This document shows, in pieces, positions 9,273 to 19,036 of a stretch of 64,000 nt of DNA. Both the position numbers and the translations under genes were made by a program. The stretch is from Bacteroidales bacterium. Lineage in GTDB: Bacteria > Bacteroidota > Bacteroidia > Bacteroidales > Marinilabiliaceae. The notes below the pieces were generated by a model. The model was not told the DNA's origin. It was given only the letters and a program-made list of their open reading frames with translations, and searched no databases. Each line of letters opens with the position of its first letter. The first letter of the stretch is position 1. The DNA is taken from NCBI GenBank assembly GCA_045118595.1, contig JBGUYH010000044.1:36834-100833 (forward strand). Direction: 5' to 3'.

Positions 9273-9685
9273 TTAACGAACAACTTCCACCTTCCACTCA
9301 GTGATGTTGCGCTTCTTGCGACCAAAATTCACACCAACGCAGACCACTTCACGCTTGTCGGCGTAACGGATGGCATATCCGTGCGTCTTTATCTGTGCAA
9401 GGGCTTCATCGGCTGAGGCTTCCACTTTAAACTCGAATAAGTATACATATTTATCGGTCTCCACAATGCAGTCGGTGCAACCAAGCGAGTTTTGCACTTC
9501 GGAGTAGACGAAATACGCCTTCAACGACGGCATAACAGACTCTTACCAAATCGTCGCGGACGACCAAGGACGTAGACGGTAGCATCATTAACAAGGTTGT
9601 AGATCTATTCAGTTTTATCTACATACAGAGCGTTATTAGCACGAAGTTTCTCAAAACTTTGTATCCCAATTAGTAGTTTTTACAT
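9273..9685 (-). pseudogene. decayed AAA-ATPase / PD-(D/E)XK nuclease family gene (DUF1703-type)
   Basis: The minus strand reads M*KLLIGIQSFEKLRANNALYVDKTE*IYNLVNDATVYVLGRPRRFGKSLL. A frameshift follows, then PSLKAYF joined directly to the C-terminal nuclease end VYSEVQ..DCIVETDKYVYLFEFKV..NFGRKKRNITEWKV. That is two in-frame stops, one frameshift and about 400 codons missing. Confidence 0.8.
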
Positions 9686-9765
9686 GGCTTTGCGAGTTGT
9701 TAATTTTCAAATATACTAAATTTACTATTGGACTAAATTATGCTATATATAGCCAAATTAAGTAT

Positions 9766-9803
9766 ACAAAAAAAGCACAGAATTAATTATAATCCTGTGC
9801 TTT
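9766..9803 (-). terminator. rho-independent terminator of the cargo/beta-barrel operon
   Basis: AAAGCACAG..14 nt..CTGTGCTTT. On the minus strand it is followed by a T-run. Lies 25 nt past the stop at 9828. Confidence 0.6.
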
Positions 9804-9827
9804 CTATAAAAATATAATAAGAGCTAT

Positions 9828-10706
9828 TTACTTATTCATTTTAGGCCAACAGAATGCGGCTTTAACGCCAAAGTTCATATCTCCCATCTTGTCGGCACGC
9901 GATTTTGTAAGCGAATTGACAGTTACTACAGCTGGAATATTCTCAACATCACAATCGACCAAATGACCATCACCACCATCGTAGTTACTCATTAAGCCAT
10001 AGTTGAAATATGCGCCCAAACTGAGCCAATTCTTACCAAGTGTTAACACATAACCTCCTTCGATAGACAAATCGAGTTTGAACGATGCTGCTTCAAGTTT
10101 ATCGTTGTACGAAGTGCCTTCTACCTTACCAAAAACCACTTCATTCGGAACATCAACATCATAATCATCGAGATGAGCTATAACTGACGCTTCACCAATA
10201 GTTTGCTTATATTTAGACATTATAGGAATGCCTACGCGTACACCTACATTGGCAAATATGCGATTATAGAGCATAGAAGCCATAACTGGTATTTCTACCG
10301 ACAATTGGTTATTCTTCTCCTCTACATTTGCTACACAAGTATTATAAGTTATGCTAACCTCTTTATTATCAACACTATTAACTTTAGTCAACTTATAATC
10401 TTGATTTATTTCATTGGCAGTAACTGTGTTCTGGGCGAAAGCTACAGATAAACCTGAGCGAATACCAAAAAATGGTTTCGATTTATCTTTGCGTGCAAAG
10501 TAATATGTATAAACGCCATCAACAGCTCCGTTAAAACCCATTTTCTTGGTCAGATTATCGCCATCTTGCATAAGCGAACCTGCACCTAATCTTGCTCCTG
10601 CACCAACTACTTGAACAGAACCTGTGCTTGTAGTTAAATTCGACATCTGAGCATTTGCTATAGTGGCTAACGCTACCGCTGTAGCTAATATTATCGTCTT
10701 TTTCAT
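9828..10706 (-). CDS. outer-membrane beta-barrel protein (function unknown)
   Basis: 292 aa. Signal peptide MKKTIILATAVALATIANAQ and an alternating beta-strand pattern. Lies 19 nt downstream of the 1384 aa gene on the same strand. Confidence 0.55.
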   Translation of the reverse strand: MKKTIILATAVALATIANAQMSNLTTSTGSVQVVGAGARLGAGSLMQDGDNLTKKMGFNGAVDGVYTYYFARKDKSKPFFGIRSGLSVAFAQNTVTANEINQDYKLTKVNSVDNKEVSITYNTCVANVEEKNNQLSVEIPVMASMLYNRIFANVGVRVGIPIMSKYKQTIGEASVIAHLDDYDVDVPNEVVFGKVEGTSYNDKLEAASFKLDLSIEGGYVLTLGKNWLSLGAYFNYGLMSNYDGGDGHLVDCDVENIPAVVTVNSLTKSRADKMGDMNFGVKAAFCWPKMNK

Positions 10707-10725
10707 GAATTACTTGTTTTTCAGC

Positions 10726-13700
10726 TTATTTCACTACTATATACTTCACGCCTTTCATTACTTCACCAACATATACATTGACGATGTAAATGCCATCGGC
10801 GCTTTCTGATTGGAATGTTATTGATTCTGCTCCATTGGTGTTTATGGTTTGCATCACTGTACCATTGATGTTGTAAACTTTAACCACTGCATCAGTATCT
10901 GGCAATCCGGCCAAACGAAGTGTCTGACCATGCTTAACAGCAGTTGGAGTAAGTTTCAAACTCTTATTACCCGAGAAGTCAAAATCATCAGAGATGATGT
11001 ACTTGCCTGCTGGTTCGGTAAGTTTAATAACTGCATATATTCTACCTTCACCTGTTAGTGCTTTGTCACCAGTGTAGTACAAACCTGTAGCCGTCATCTT
11101 TTCATCATCGGTTGCTACACCATAGCACCAATCGTCTTTTTCACCATTAACTTTATACCACTCTACATCACTATCGGCAAAAGTATATTCTCCACTTAAT
11201 AATTTCTTATTAACTACTAATATCCAATCAAACAGATTTTCAGCAGCTTCACTTAGTTCTATGGCTTGACAAATATGGTTGAATGTAGCCAATACACTAA
11301 CATCTTTGGCTGGCATTGTGAAGGTGTTACCATCTATTGTCTGACCATCAACAGTAATCTTATCGAGTTCATAACCATCAATTGGTGTTGCTGTTATGGT
11401 TACCACATCACCATAATTAGCTATTGACTTATCTACTTCTATTGTTCCGTTTTCAATATTTCCTATTGTTACATTATAATTTTTAAGCTTAAATGTAACA
11501 GTAACTTCTACATCTTCAGCTGGCATTACAAATGTGTTGTTAGTAATAGTCAACTCTGGTGTAGTTGTAATCTTATCGAGTTCGTAACCTTCATCGGGCG
11601 ACACTGTTATTTTTATCACCTCATCAAGTTTCGCATCGTTGCTCGATACACTTGCCTTGCCATGTTCGGTAGCAGTTACCACCACAGCCTTGTTTTCAAG
11701 TTCGGCAAACACAGCAGTAATAGTTACATCGGCAGCTGGCATTGTGAAGGTGTTGAATTCATCTACATTAACACTACCATTATTAACCTTGAGCGAAACT
11801 AACTTGTAGCCTCTGTTAGGAGTAGCTGTTATGGTTATCTCATCACCCTTGTTAGCCTCGGCTTTATTCACCTTAATCTCACCATTAATAGTTGGGTCAA
11901 TATTTACCGAATATTTGATAAGTGCGAACACGGCCGAAACTCTTACATTAGCAGCTGGCATAATAAAGGTGTTGTCAGCATCAATAGTTAGTTCGGTATT
12001 ATTGTCCAATCGTGTTGCTGTGAGCGAAACGAGTTCGTAGCCTTCATCAGCATACGTATTTAACGTAATCTTTTCATTCTCCTCCGCATCGCTCGTAATC
12101 GATCCATTGATGTCGACGATTGTAAGAGCACCGCCTTCTGTGCTATTTGGTACTATATAATAATCGTCAACAGGAGTGAATATTGCCGTAACTGTCAAAT
12201 CGTTAGCTGGCATGACAAACCTACCAAACTCGTCATAGGTAGTCTTGCCATCAGAGAAAACAAATGCACCAACACGATAACCTTCGTTCGGAATCACTAT
12301 TGTTGATATCAGATCACCTACTTTCGCTGTTGTCTGACTCAATTCAACAGAACCATTTTCTGATGAACCAATGGTGATGGTATATTCTATAGCTTTGAAC
12401 GAAGCAGTAACAGTAACTGGCGTGTTAGGCATTGTGAACTCGTGAGCATCACTAATGGTAAGTTCTGGTGTAGTTACAATCTTATCAAGTTCGTAACCAT
12501 CGTCAGGTTTTACATTTATCTTAATAGTTTCACCATACTGAGCATCGGTGTTAGAAACCGAAATCTTACCATTACCTTCCGACACTGCAGTAACTGCAAG
12601 TCCGCTAATCAATTCAAATGTTGCTGTTACATTAACATTGTTACCAGGCATTGTAAATGTATTAAACTCAGACACCTCAATGCTGCCACCGTCAACAGAG
12701 AGTGATGTGAGTTTATAACCTTCGGTAGGTGTAGCTATTATGGAAACTGTCTCACCCTTCGATGCTTCAGCCTTGTCTACTGTTACAGTTCCGTTGGTAA
12801 TGTCGGTAGCAACATTTACTTTATATGTAATCTTCGAAACAATTTGCTCAGGTTCAGCACCCGATGCAGCAAAATCACATTCTGTTACAGTATCGTCAAT
12901 AGGTTCGAACAAAGATTCATCAGTAGCAGGTGCCTCTTCTCCTTCTTTCGCTAAGCGGAAACGAAGAGTGAAAGTACGTTCACAATGAACACCAACGCCA
13001 GAATACAATTGATAAGAATTTTTAAAATTGTCAGCACCTGTACCTTCATTAATATCACACTGAACATTCTTATTATTCCTAGATATTAAAAGATCTTCTG
13101 CTTCATCATCTGCATTTTCAAAAACAATTCCTGGTAAATAATAATCAAGTATACCTACCTCCATTTTGTCTGATGTACCTTTGTCTGCCATCAGGCCTAT
13201 CATAACCTCTATTTCTGTATCTTCAGTAGGATAATTATAACTTGCTATTGATAATCTATTCCTATTGTTATTATCAATCTTTTTTGCAACTATATATGGA
13301 TATGCATATGAATTATCATCATCAAAATTATATTCATGAGAAAAAGGTGCATCATACTTAACATTTCCACCTAATTCTTCATTTCCTATATGAGTATTTA
13401 TATTAGTTCGCATCTCTGCTTGTTCTGCTGCATCTTCAACAAAGTATACAACACAAACACTTCGCTTACCTTTTTCTATAGGATTATTAACATAATTGCA
13501 ATAAAAACGAATGTATGGATATTTAGGAGCTGACTCTACATATTTACCACTATTTTCATCATACGTAGCATAACGTAACCTAACGGTTTCTTGTGTAGCT
13601 AAGTCGTTAACAATTTCAGTAGCTACAATTTTCTCACTCGTATAATCATCGGCATTTGTTAAATTTGGGAATAAATAACCATAACTCATAGGACCATCAT

Positions 13701-14880
13701 AAGTTGTAAGTCCAGAATTAAGATTATATACATACTCATTATTTATATGAGTAATATCCTTTTTAATATACAAACTATTCGCTTCTATACGATTATTTTC
13801 ATACATACTTCTCACATCTATTGATGCAGGATATGTATTTATCATTTTCGTTAATTGAGTCAATTTTTGTCTTTCGCCATCACTACTCGTTAAATAAGAA
13901 CCTATAGAATTTTTTTCAAAAACATATTCATAATCAGTATTCAATTCCCCTTTCATTCTCAATACCATATTATCCCAATATGGATAAACATAAAAAGGCC
14001 AATCATTTTTAATGTTTGTATTCTGCTTTGTTGTTTCATCATAATCATACCAAGTCCATGTATTAGCATCTCGCCACCCATTCCAAAAATATTTCTTTGC
14101 AGTAATAGATCCCCATTCTATATCTCCATATTCATGATCTTCCATATCGGACAATGACATTGCATATGCACTAAATTCTTTCACAGGAGAAGAAATTTCA
14201 TACATCAATTCTGCCTTAGGCAAATCTCTCATAAACACCGTTCCATTTGCAGAATAGCTACCTTTATTGATAAGGAATGGCATGCCTTCAATTTCGCCAA
14301 CATTAGGAAGGAAGTAAGCTGTGTCAAAAACTTGCAAAGAACCTTTTTCAGATATGGTAATACCTGCATTAGGTTCAACAATAAGCTGCTTACATTTCAG
14401 TGTTCTATCAACCAATAGTTTAACACCTTCGCCTATGCGCAGTGTATTCTTTTTAGAAGCTACAAAAGAGAAGTGCTCATCACCTTTGTGAATTGTGTAA
14501 TAATCTTCAACAGTATATGTAAATGTCTGTTCCGCTTCTCCTACACCAGCTGCCACTGTTACTGTTACAGTTGCATTGGCAGGCAAAACCTCAAGGTCTT
14601 GCAAAACAAAATTTATAGAGTTATTGGTAACTTCACCAATAGCATAAGAATAGCTTTTACCTGTATTATCTTTAATATCTATTTTTCCTCGTAAACTATA
14701 ACGATATGCATTTATTGCTGCTTTGTCATCAGCAAATGTACCTATCTCTTTGTCATAAGTAATAGTGAATGCCGGTTTTGGCATCAATTTTTGAGTTACG
14801 TCAGGTGAAATGGTTCCTACCTGAGCCATTACACTTCCACATGTAAGAATACTAAAGAAAAGTGTTGTAATCCTTTTCAT
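10726..14880 (-). CDS. large T9SS-secreted surface protein with 7 InlB-B-repeat-like (Flg_new_2-like) domains and a type-A Por sorting tail
   Basis: 1384 aa. Signal peptide, an Ig-like start, about 650 aa with no motif I recognise, then 7 tandem units of about 72-80 aa (G.V.V....A..G..V...A.P..GY.L....V.......FTMP...V.V.A.F). The C-terminus ..DGIYIVNVYVGEVMKGVKYIVVK is typical of a T9SS CTD. Confidence 0.75.
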   Translation of the reverse strand: MKRITTLFFSILTCGSVMAQVGTISPDVTQKLMPKPAFTITYDKEIGTFADDKAAINAYRYSLRGKIDIKDNTGKSYSYAIGEVTNNSINFVLQDLEVLPANATVTVTVAAGVGEAEQTFTYTVEDYYTIHKGDEHFSFVASKKNTLRIGEGVKLLVDRTLKCKQLIVEPNAGITISEKGSLQVFDTAYFLPNVGEIEGMPFLINKGSYSANGTVFMRDLPKAELMYEISSPVKEFSAYAMSLSDMEDHEYGDIEWGSITAKKYFWNGWRDANTWTWYDYDETTKQNTNIKNDWPFYVYPYWDNMVLRMKGELNTDYEYVFEKNSIGSYLTSSDGERQKLTQLTKMINTYPASIDVRSMYENNRIEANSLYIKKDITHINNEYVYNLNSGLTTYDGPMSYGYLFPNLTNADDYTSEKIVATEIVNDLATQETVRLRYATYDENSGKYVESAPKYPYIRFYCNYVNNPIEKGKRSVCVVYFVEDAAEQAEMRTNINTHIGNEELGGNVKYDAPFSHEYNFDDDNSYAYPYIVAKKIDNNNRNRLSIASYNYPTEDTEIEVMIGLMADKGTSDKMEVGILDYYLPGIVFENADDEAEDLLISRNNKNVQCDINEGTGADNFKNSYQLYSGVGVHCERTFTLRFRLAKEGEEAPATDESLFEPIDDTVTECDFAASGAEPEQIVSKITYKVNVATDITNGTVTVDKAEASKGETVSIIATPTEGYKLTSLSVDGGSIEVSEFNTFTMPGNNVNVTATFELISGLAVTAVSEGNGKISVSNTDAQYGETIKINVKPDDGYELDKIVTTPELTISDAHEFTMPNTPVTVTASFKAIEYTITIGSSENGSVELSQTTAKVGDLISTIVIPNEGYRVGAFVFSDGKTTYDEFGRFVMPANDLTVTAIFTPVDDYYIVPNSTEGGALTIVDINGSITSDAEENEKITLNTYADEGYELVSLTATRLDNNTELTIDADNTFIMPAANVRVSAVFALIKYSVNIDPTINGEIKVNKAEANKGDEITITATPNRGYKLVSLKVNNGSVNVDEFNTFTMPAADVTITAVFAELENKAVVVTATEHGKASVSSNDAKLDEVIKITVSPDEGYELDKITTTPELTITNNTFVMPAEDVEVTVTFKLKNYNVTIGNIENGTIEVDKSIANYGDVVTITATPIDGYELDKITVDGQTIDGNTFTMPAKDVSVLATFNHICQAIELSEAAENLFDWILVVNKKLLSGEYTFADSDVEWYKVNGEKDDWCYGVATDDEKMTATGLYYTGDKALTGEGRIYAVIKLTEPAGKYIISDDFDFSGNKSLKLTPTAVKHGQTLRLAGLPDTDAVVKVYNINGTVMQTINTNGAESITFQSESADGIYIVNVYVGEVMKGVKYIVVK
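11280..12850 (-). repeat. seven tandem coding repeats (about 220-240 bp units)
   Basis: The repeats are visible in the protein (units start VSKITYKV, LAVTAVSE, YTITIGSS, YYIVPNST, YSVNIDPT, NKAVVVTA, YNVTIGNI). They are also visible as recurring DNA strings such as GGCATTGTGAAGGTGTT. Confidence 0.8.
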
Positions 14881-14920
14881 ATTTTATCGTTGATTGGTTA
14901 TTTACTTAATTATTAGTTGA

Positions 14921-14928
14921 CAAAAATA
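14921..14928 (-). promoter_or_regulatory. -7 promoter box TATTTTTG for the 1384 aa gene
   Basis: TAnnTTTG match on the minus strand, 41 nt upstream of the ATG at 14880. Confidence 0.45.
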
Positions 14929-15065
14929 ATATTTTTTATTCTTTGCACCAAAAACACTCTTGGTGTTTACGAAAATATCGAACACTTTGTTTAAAAAACA
15001 TACTATTAGATATAAGATAAGGTATAAGTATCTTATTCATAGATTCTTTCAGTTAATTGTGGCGT

Positions 15066-15716
15066 TTAGATATTGTGCAACGATACAAATGTCCATCCTT
15101 TATTTGTATAATCGGCTAAAGTATGTTCGAGTGCATAGCGCATACGTTCGCCAGCTTTTATCGAATCGTGAAACACAATGAGTGAACCATCGCGCACAAA
15201 GCGTTGCACATTGCAATAAACCTCTTCAGGTGTGAGACGTTTGTCGTAATCTTTGGGCATAACATCCCAAAATACAAGTTTGCTAAAGCCAAATTTATGC
15301 GTTATTTGCCAAGCTCGCCATGGTGTTATTTGTCCGTGAGGTGCGCGAAATAGATGTGCTTTGCCATTCTCTACCTCGTTGCAAAGGTCAATATTACTGC
15401 AATATTGGCTCCATGGTGTACGAAAGAGTTGTAAATGATTAAACGTGTGGTTACCCACCGCATGTCCTCGCTTCACTATCTCGGCATACAATTCAGGGTA
15501 TTTACGTACATTGTCGCCCACACAGAAAAATGTTGCTTTAACGTGATATCTATCAAGCAAATCGAGTACCCATGGTGTTTGTTCTGGCACCGGACCATCG
15601 TCAAAAGTTAGTGCTATGGTTTTGTGGCGCATGTTCTGAGGGAGTCGCCACAACGATTTACAGAAAAGCCGCCTAACGAATGTAGGCGGCTGTATTATCC
15701 AATTGATATTCATCAA
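15066..15716 (-). CDS. polysaccharide deacetylase (carbohydrate esterase family 4)
   Basis: 216 aa. NodB-type motifs IALTFDDGP, KATFFCVG and GHAVGNHTFNH. Confidence 0.8.
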   Translation of the reverse strand: MMNINWIIQPPTFVRRLFCKSLWRLPQNMRHKTIALTFDDGPVPEQTPWVLDLLDRYHVKATFFCVGDNVRKYPELYAEIVKRGHAVGNHTFNHLQLFRTPWSQYCSNIDLCNEVENGKAHLFRAPHGQITPWRAWQITHKFGFSKLVFWDVMPKDYDKRLTPEEVYCNVQRFVRDGSLIVFHDSIKAGERMRYALEHTLADYTNKGWTFVSLHNI

Positions 15717-15727
15717 TATGCTTTTGT

Positions 15728-18700
15728 TTATCGGTACGAGAACAAACTCTCTGCAACGCTGATAAGTGGTTCGTATTTCGATGTCATTTCATCACGGACT
15801 TCGGTACGGTTGAAAGCTTCGGCCACTTTATCAATCTCAAAATAGATAGCAATAGCTCGCTGAACATCTTGCAACGACCCTACTATGCGTTGGCTATTGA
15901 GATTGAGGTAGAAATTAAGCTCTTGCCAATTATCAGTCGAGAATTTGTGCAAAATATTGTCGCCCTTTGCATTCTCACCAGCCAAATAGTAGCTGCGTGC
16001 CAACACAAGACTGAAATAGTTGTGTGGTATGATGCTATCAGGTAGTTCGCTCTGTATCTTGTCGAGCACGGCAACTGCTTTGTGAACTTTCTCGATACTA
16101 TCTTCATTTGAGATGTTAGCATCGGCAGCCTCTTCGAGCAACGCTGTAGCAAGACGTGAAAGATTGTTGCGTAAGTTGCTTGCCATGCGTGTCTTATTCT
16201 CGTCGAGATAGATACCTGGTTTGTTATAAAAACCCCAACGGAATTTATTCATCACCTTGTCGTACATCTTCTCGGTATCGACACGTCCCTGTCCGTCCGA
16301 CGACAATATAGGTGCTATGCGATAAGCCAATCCTTCGAGTTGGAAATAACGATTCAGACCAACATAATTTTCCGAACCTACAGTTACGGCGTAATACATT
16401 GGGCGTTTCCACTGGTTGTTCTGAAGCATATCGAGCACCATGAGTTCGTTTTTCAGAATAAAACTCTTGTTGAGCGATATGTTCATTTCTGGAGCTATGA
16501 GTGGAGCGGCACTTGGACTAACCACATTGTTGTTCATTACGGCTGCCGAATCGACTTTGAATGTGAACTTACGACCAGGTATGTAGCAAATGCGATCGGC
16601 ATACTCTGGTATTTGCTTTGTTCTAACATCGTCAGATGCTACAAAATCGATGGCTTTTCTAAGGTCGATAGCTTGTTTGCTTCTGTCGATGAGATATATC
16701 ACATCACGGTCGCCACTATACTGTTCGTGCGTGAACGATATTGGCAGTGGGTCGCTGTCGTAAGCTTTTCGCTTCATCTGGTCGCAATACCAATCGGTTT
16801 GCAAATATGAGAGGTTGCATACACGCACATCGGTACGCACTCCTTCAACCTCTTGAGCATACCACAATGGGAATGTGTCGTTATCACCATTGGTGAAGAT
16901 GATAGCATTGTCGTCGCAACTATTCAGATAGTTATATGCCAAGTCGCGAGCTATGGTGCAACCAGAACGATCATGGTCGTCCCAGTTTTGTTCTGCCATA
17001 ACACAAGGCACACACACCAAACATATAATGCTTGCAACTACAGTTGCTGCATAATCGGGTACTTTGTACTTGCGCAAGAAATCGATGGCAGACAATACGC
17101 CTAAGCCTATCCAAATAGCAAATGCATAGAACGAACCTGCATAGGCATAGTCACGCTCACGTGGCTGAAGTGGTGTCTGATTGAGGTAGATAACAATGGC
17201 TAAGCCTGTCATGAAGAAGAGCAACATAACAATTACAAACCCTTGTTTCCCCTCTTTTCCTCTGCCAACCTGATAAAATAATCCGGCTAAGCCTAACAAG
17301 AATGGTAACATGAAGTAACGATTGTGTCCCTTGTTGGCTTTGAGCGAATCGGGCAACAGACTCTGATCGCCAAGCATTAGGTTATCGATAAACGATATAC
17401 CTGTTATCCAGTTACCATGTATCAACTCGCCATGACTTTGTATGTCATTCTGTCGACCAGAGAAGTTCCACATGAAGTATCGCCAATACATAAAATTGAC
17501 TTGATAACTCCAGAAGAATTTGATATTTTCCCAAAATGTTGGACGTGTAATAGTTTCGCGACCATCTTCGCCACGCACTGTCACTGCACGACCTTCAAAA
17601 TTAGTCCATGCCTTATACTGCTCAATATGATGAGACTCGCGACTATACATGCGAGGGAATAACATATTATCTGAGTAATAGTATGTTGGTCGATGATCAA
17701 CAATTTCATATTTGCCATTTTTCTGCTTATACACAGGCTTTCCTTCGTCGCGACTCATAGCTTCACGATCGACAGGCGAATTGAAATGCTGACCATAGAA
17801 TAGAGGTCGGTCGCCATACTGCTCTCGGTTCAGATAATCCATCAGAGCGAAAACATCTTCGGGCGAGTTTTGGTCCATAGTTGGATTTGCTACCGAACGT
17901 ATTACAATCATAGCAAACGAAGAATAACCCAACACAATGACCGCTACTGCTGTAATTATTGTATTCCATATCTGATGTTCGTGACGTAAGGTATAGATAA
18001 TGCCCCAAACAATAGCACCAACAAGCAACAATGCATAGATAACAGCACCTGTGTTGAAACCAAAGCCCAAGCTATTAACAAAGAAGAGTTCAAAATACGA
18101 AGCAATCTTCACTATACCTGGTATGATGCCATAAAGAATAGCAACGATAAGTACACACGAAAGCAACAATGCATAAACAGTGTTGCGTGGTGTGATGGTG
18201 TATTTCCGATAATAATATACCATCACAATGGCTGGTATACAAAGCAAATTGAGCAAATGCACACCTATCGACAAGCCCATCAAGTAGGCTATGAGTATAA
18301 TCCAACGATTGGCACCAGGCTCATCGGCAACATCTTCCCACTTGAGTATGGCCCAAAATACAGCTGCTGTGAACAGCGACGACATGGCATAAACCTCACC
18401 TTCGACAGCCGAGAACCAAAAAGTATCGGAAAAAGTGTATGACAAAGCACCAACAACACCTGCTCCCATAACAGCAATAGTTCGCCACAATTCAGGTTCG
18501 CCACTGCCTATGAAAATCTTTTTGGCCAAATGTGTTATAGTCCAGAAGAGGAATAATATGGTAAACGCACTCGCCAACGCCGACATAATATTAATCGACT
18601 TTGCCACAAGTGTGACATCGGGAGCCATGATTGCAAACAATCGACCTACAATCATAAATAATGGTGCTCCGGGCGGGTGACCAACAAGGAGTTTGTTGCA

Positions 18701-18826
18701 TGTAGATATAAATTCGCCACAGTCCCAAAAACTGGCTGAGTCTTCTGTGGTCAGAATGTAGGTAACTGCCGATATAGCAAACACTATCCAACCTACGAGA
18801 CGATTAAGAAAGTTGTATTGTTTCAT
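15728..18826 (-). CDS. large polytopic membrane protein, DUF2723 / glycosyltransferase-C-like family
   Basis: 1032 aa. N-terminus SASFWDCGEFISTCNKLLVGHPPGAPLF, then more than 10 TM helices and a soluble C-terminal domain. Lies 11 nt upstream of the CE4 gene. Confidence 0.7.
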   Translation of the reverse strand: MKQYNFLNRLVGWIVFAISAVTYILTTEDSASFWDCGEFISTCNKLLVGHPPGAPLFMIVGRLFAIMAPDVTLVAKSINIMSALASAFTILFLFWTITHLAKKIFIGSGEPELWRTIAVMGAGVVGALSYTFSDTFWFSAVEGEVYAMSSLFTAAVFWAILKWEDVADEPGANRWIILIAYLMGLSIGVHLLNLLCIPAIVMVYYYRKYTITPRNTVYALLLSCVLIVAILYGIIPGIVKIASYFELFFVNSLGFGFNTGAVIYALLLVGAIVWGIIYTLRHEHQIWNTIITAVAVIVLGYSSFAMIVIRSVANPTMDQNSPEDVFALMDYLNREQYGDRPLFYGQHFNSPVDREAMSRDEGKPVYKQKNGKYEIVDHRPTYYYSDNMLFPRMYSRESHHIEQYKAWTNFEGRAVTVRGEDGRETITRPTFWENIKFFWSYQVNFMYWRYFMWNFSGRQNDIQSHGELIHGNWITGISFIDNLMLGDQSLLPDSLKANKGHNRYFMLPFLLGLAGLFYQVGRGKEGKQGFVIVMLLFFMTGLAIVIYLNQTPLQPRERDYAYAGSFYAFAIWIGLGVLSAIDFLRKYKVPDYAATVVASIICLVCVPCVMAEQNWDDHDRSGCTIARDLAYNYLNSCDDNAIIFTNGDNDTFPLWYAQEVEGVRTDVRVCNLSYLQTDWYCDQMKRKAYDSDPLPISFTHEQYSGDRDVIYLIDRSKQAIDLRKAIDFVASDDVRTKQIPEYADRICYIPGRKFTFKVDSAAVMNNNVVSPSAAPLIAPEMNISLNKSFILKNELMVLDMLQNNQWKRPMYYAVTVGSENYVGLNRYFQLEGLAYRIAPILSSDGQGRVDTEKMYDKVMNKFRWGFYNKPGIYLDENKTRMASNLRNNLSRLATALLEEAADANISNEDSIEKVHKAVAVLDKIQSELPDSIIPHNYFSLVLARSYYLAGENAKGDNILHKFSTDNWQELNFYLNLNSQRIVGSLQDVQRAIAIYFEIDKVAEAFNRTEVRDEMTSKYEPLISVAESLFSYR

Positions 18827-18850
18827 TTAAATTGATTGTAACACAAGGCG

Positions 18851-18858
18851 CAAAGATA
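18851..18858 (-). promoter_or_regulatory. -7 promoter box TATCTTTG for the DUF2723 gene
   Basis: Perfect consensus on the minus strand, 25 nt upstream of the ATG at 18826. Confidence 0.5.
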
Positions 18859-18994
18859 ATATTTAATGACGAATGATGAGTTATGAACAACGATTTTGTG
18901 TAAGATACCTATTCTCTATTCTACCATATATCTGTTTCATATTGACTATTATGTTAATTTGAATTTTTATTGAATATGTACTCTAATTTTTATA

Positions 18995-19002
18995 TACCTT
19001 TG
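18995..19002 (+). promoter_or_regulatory. -7 promoter box TACCTTTG
   Basis: TAnnTTTG match 35 nt upstream of the ATG at 19037. Confidence 0.5.
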
Positions 19003-19036
19003 TTACTATGTGAAAGTATAATCAAACTATTGCGAA

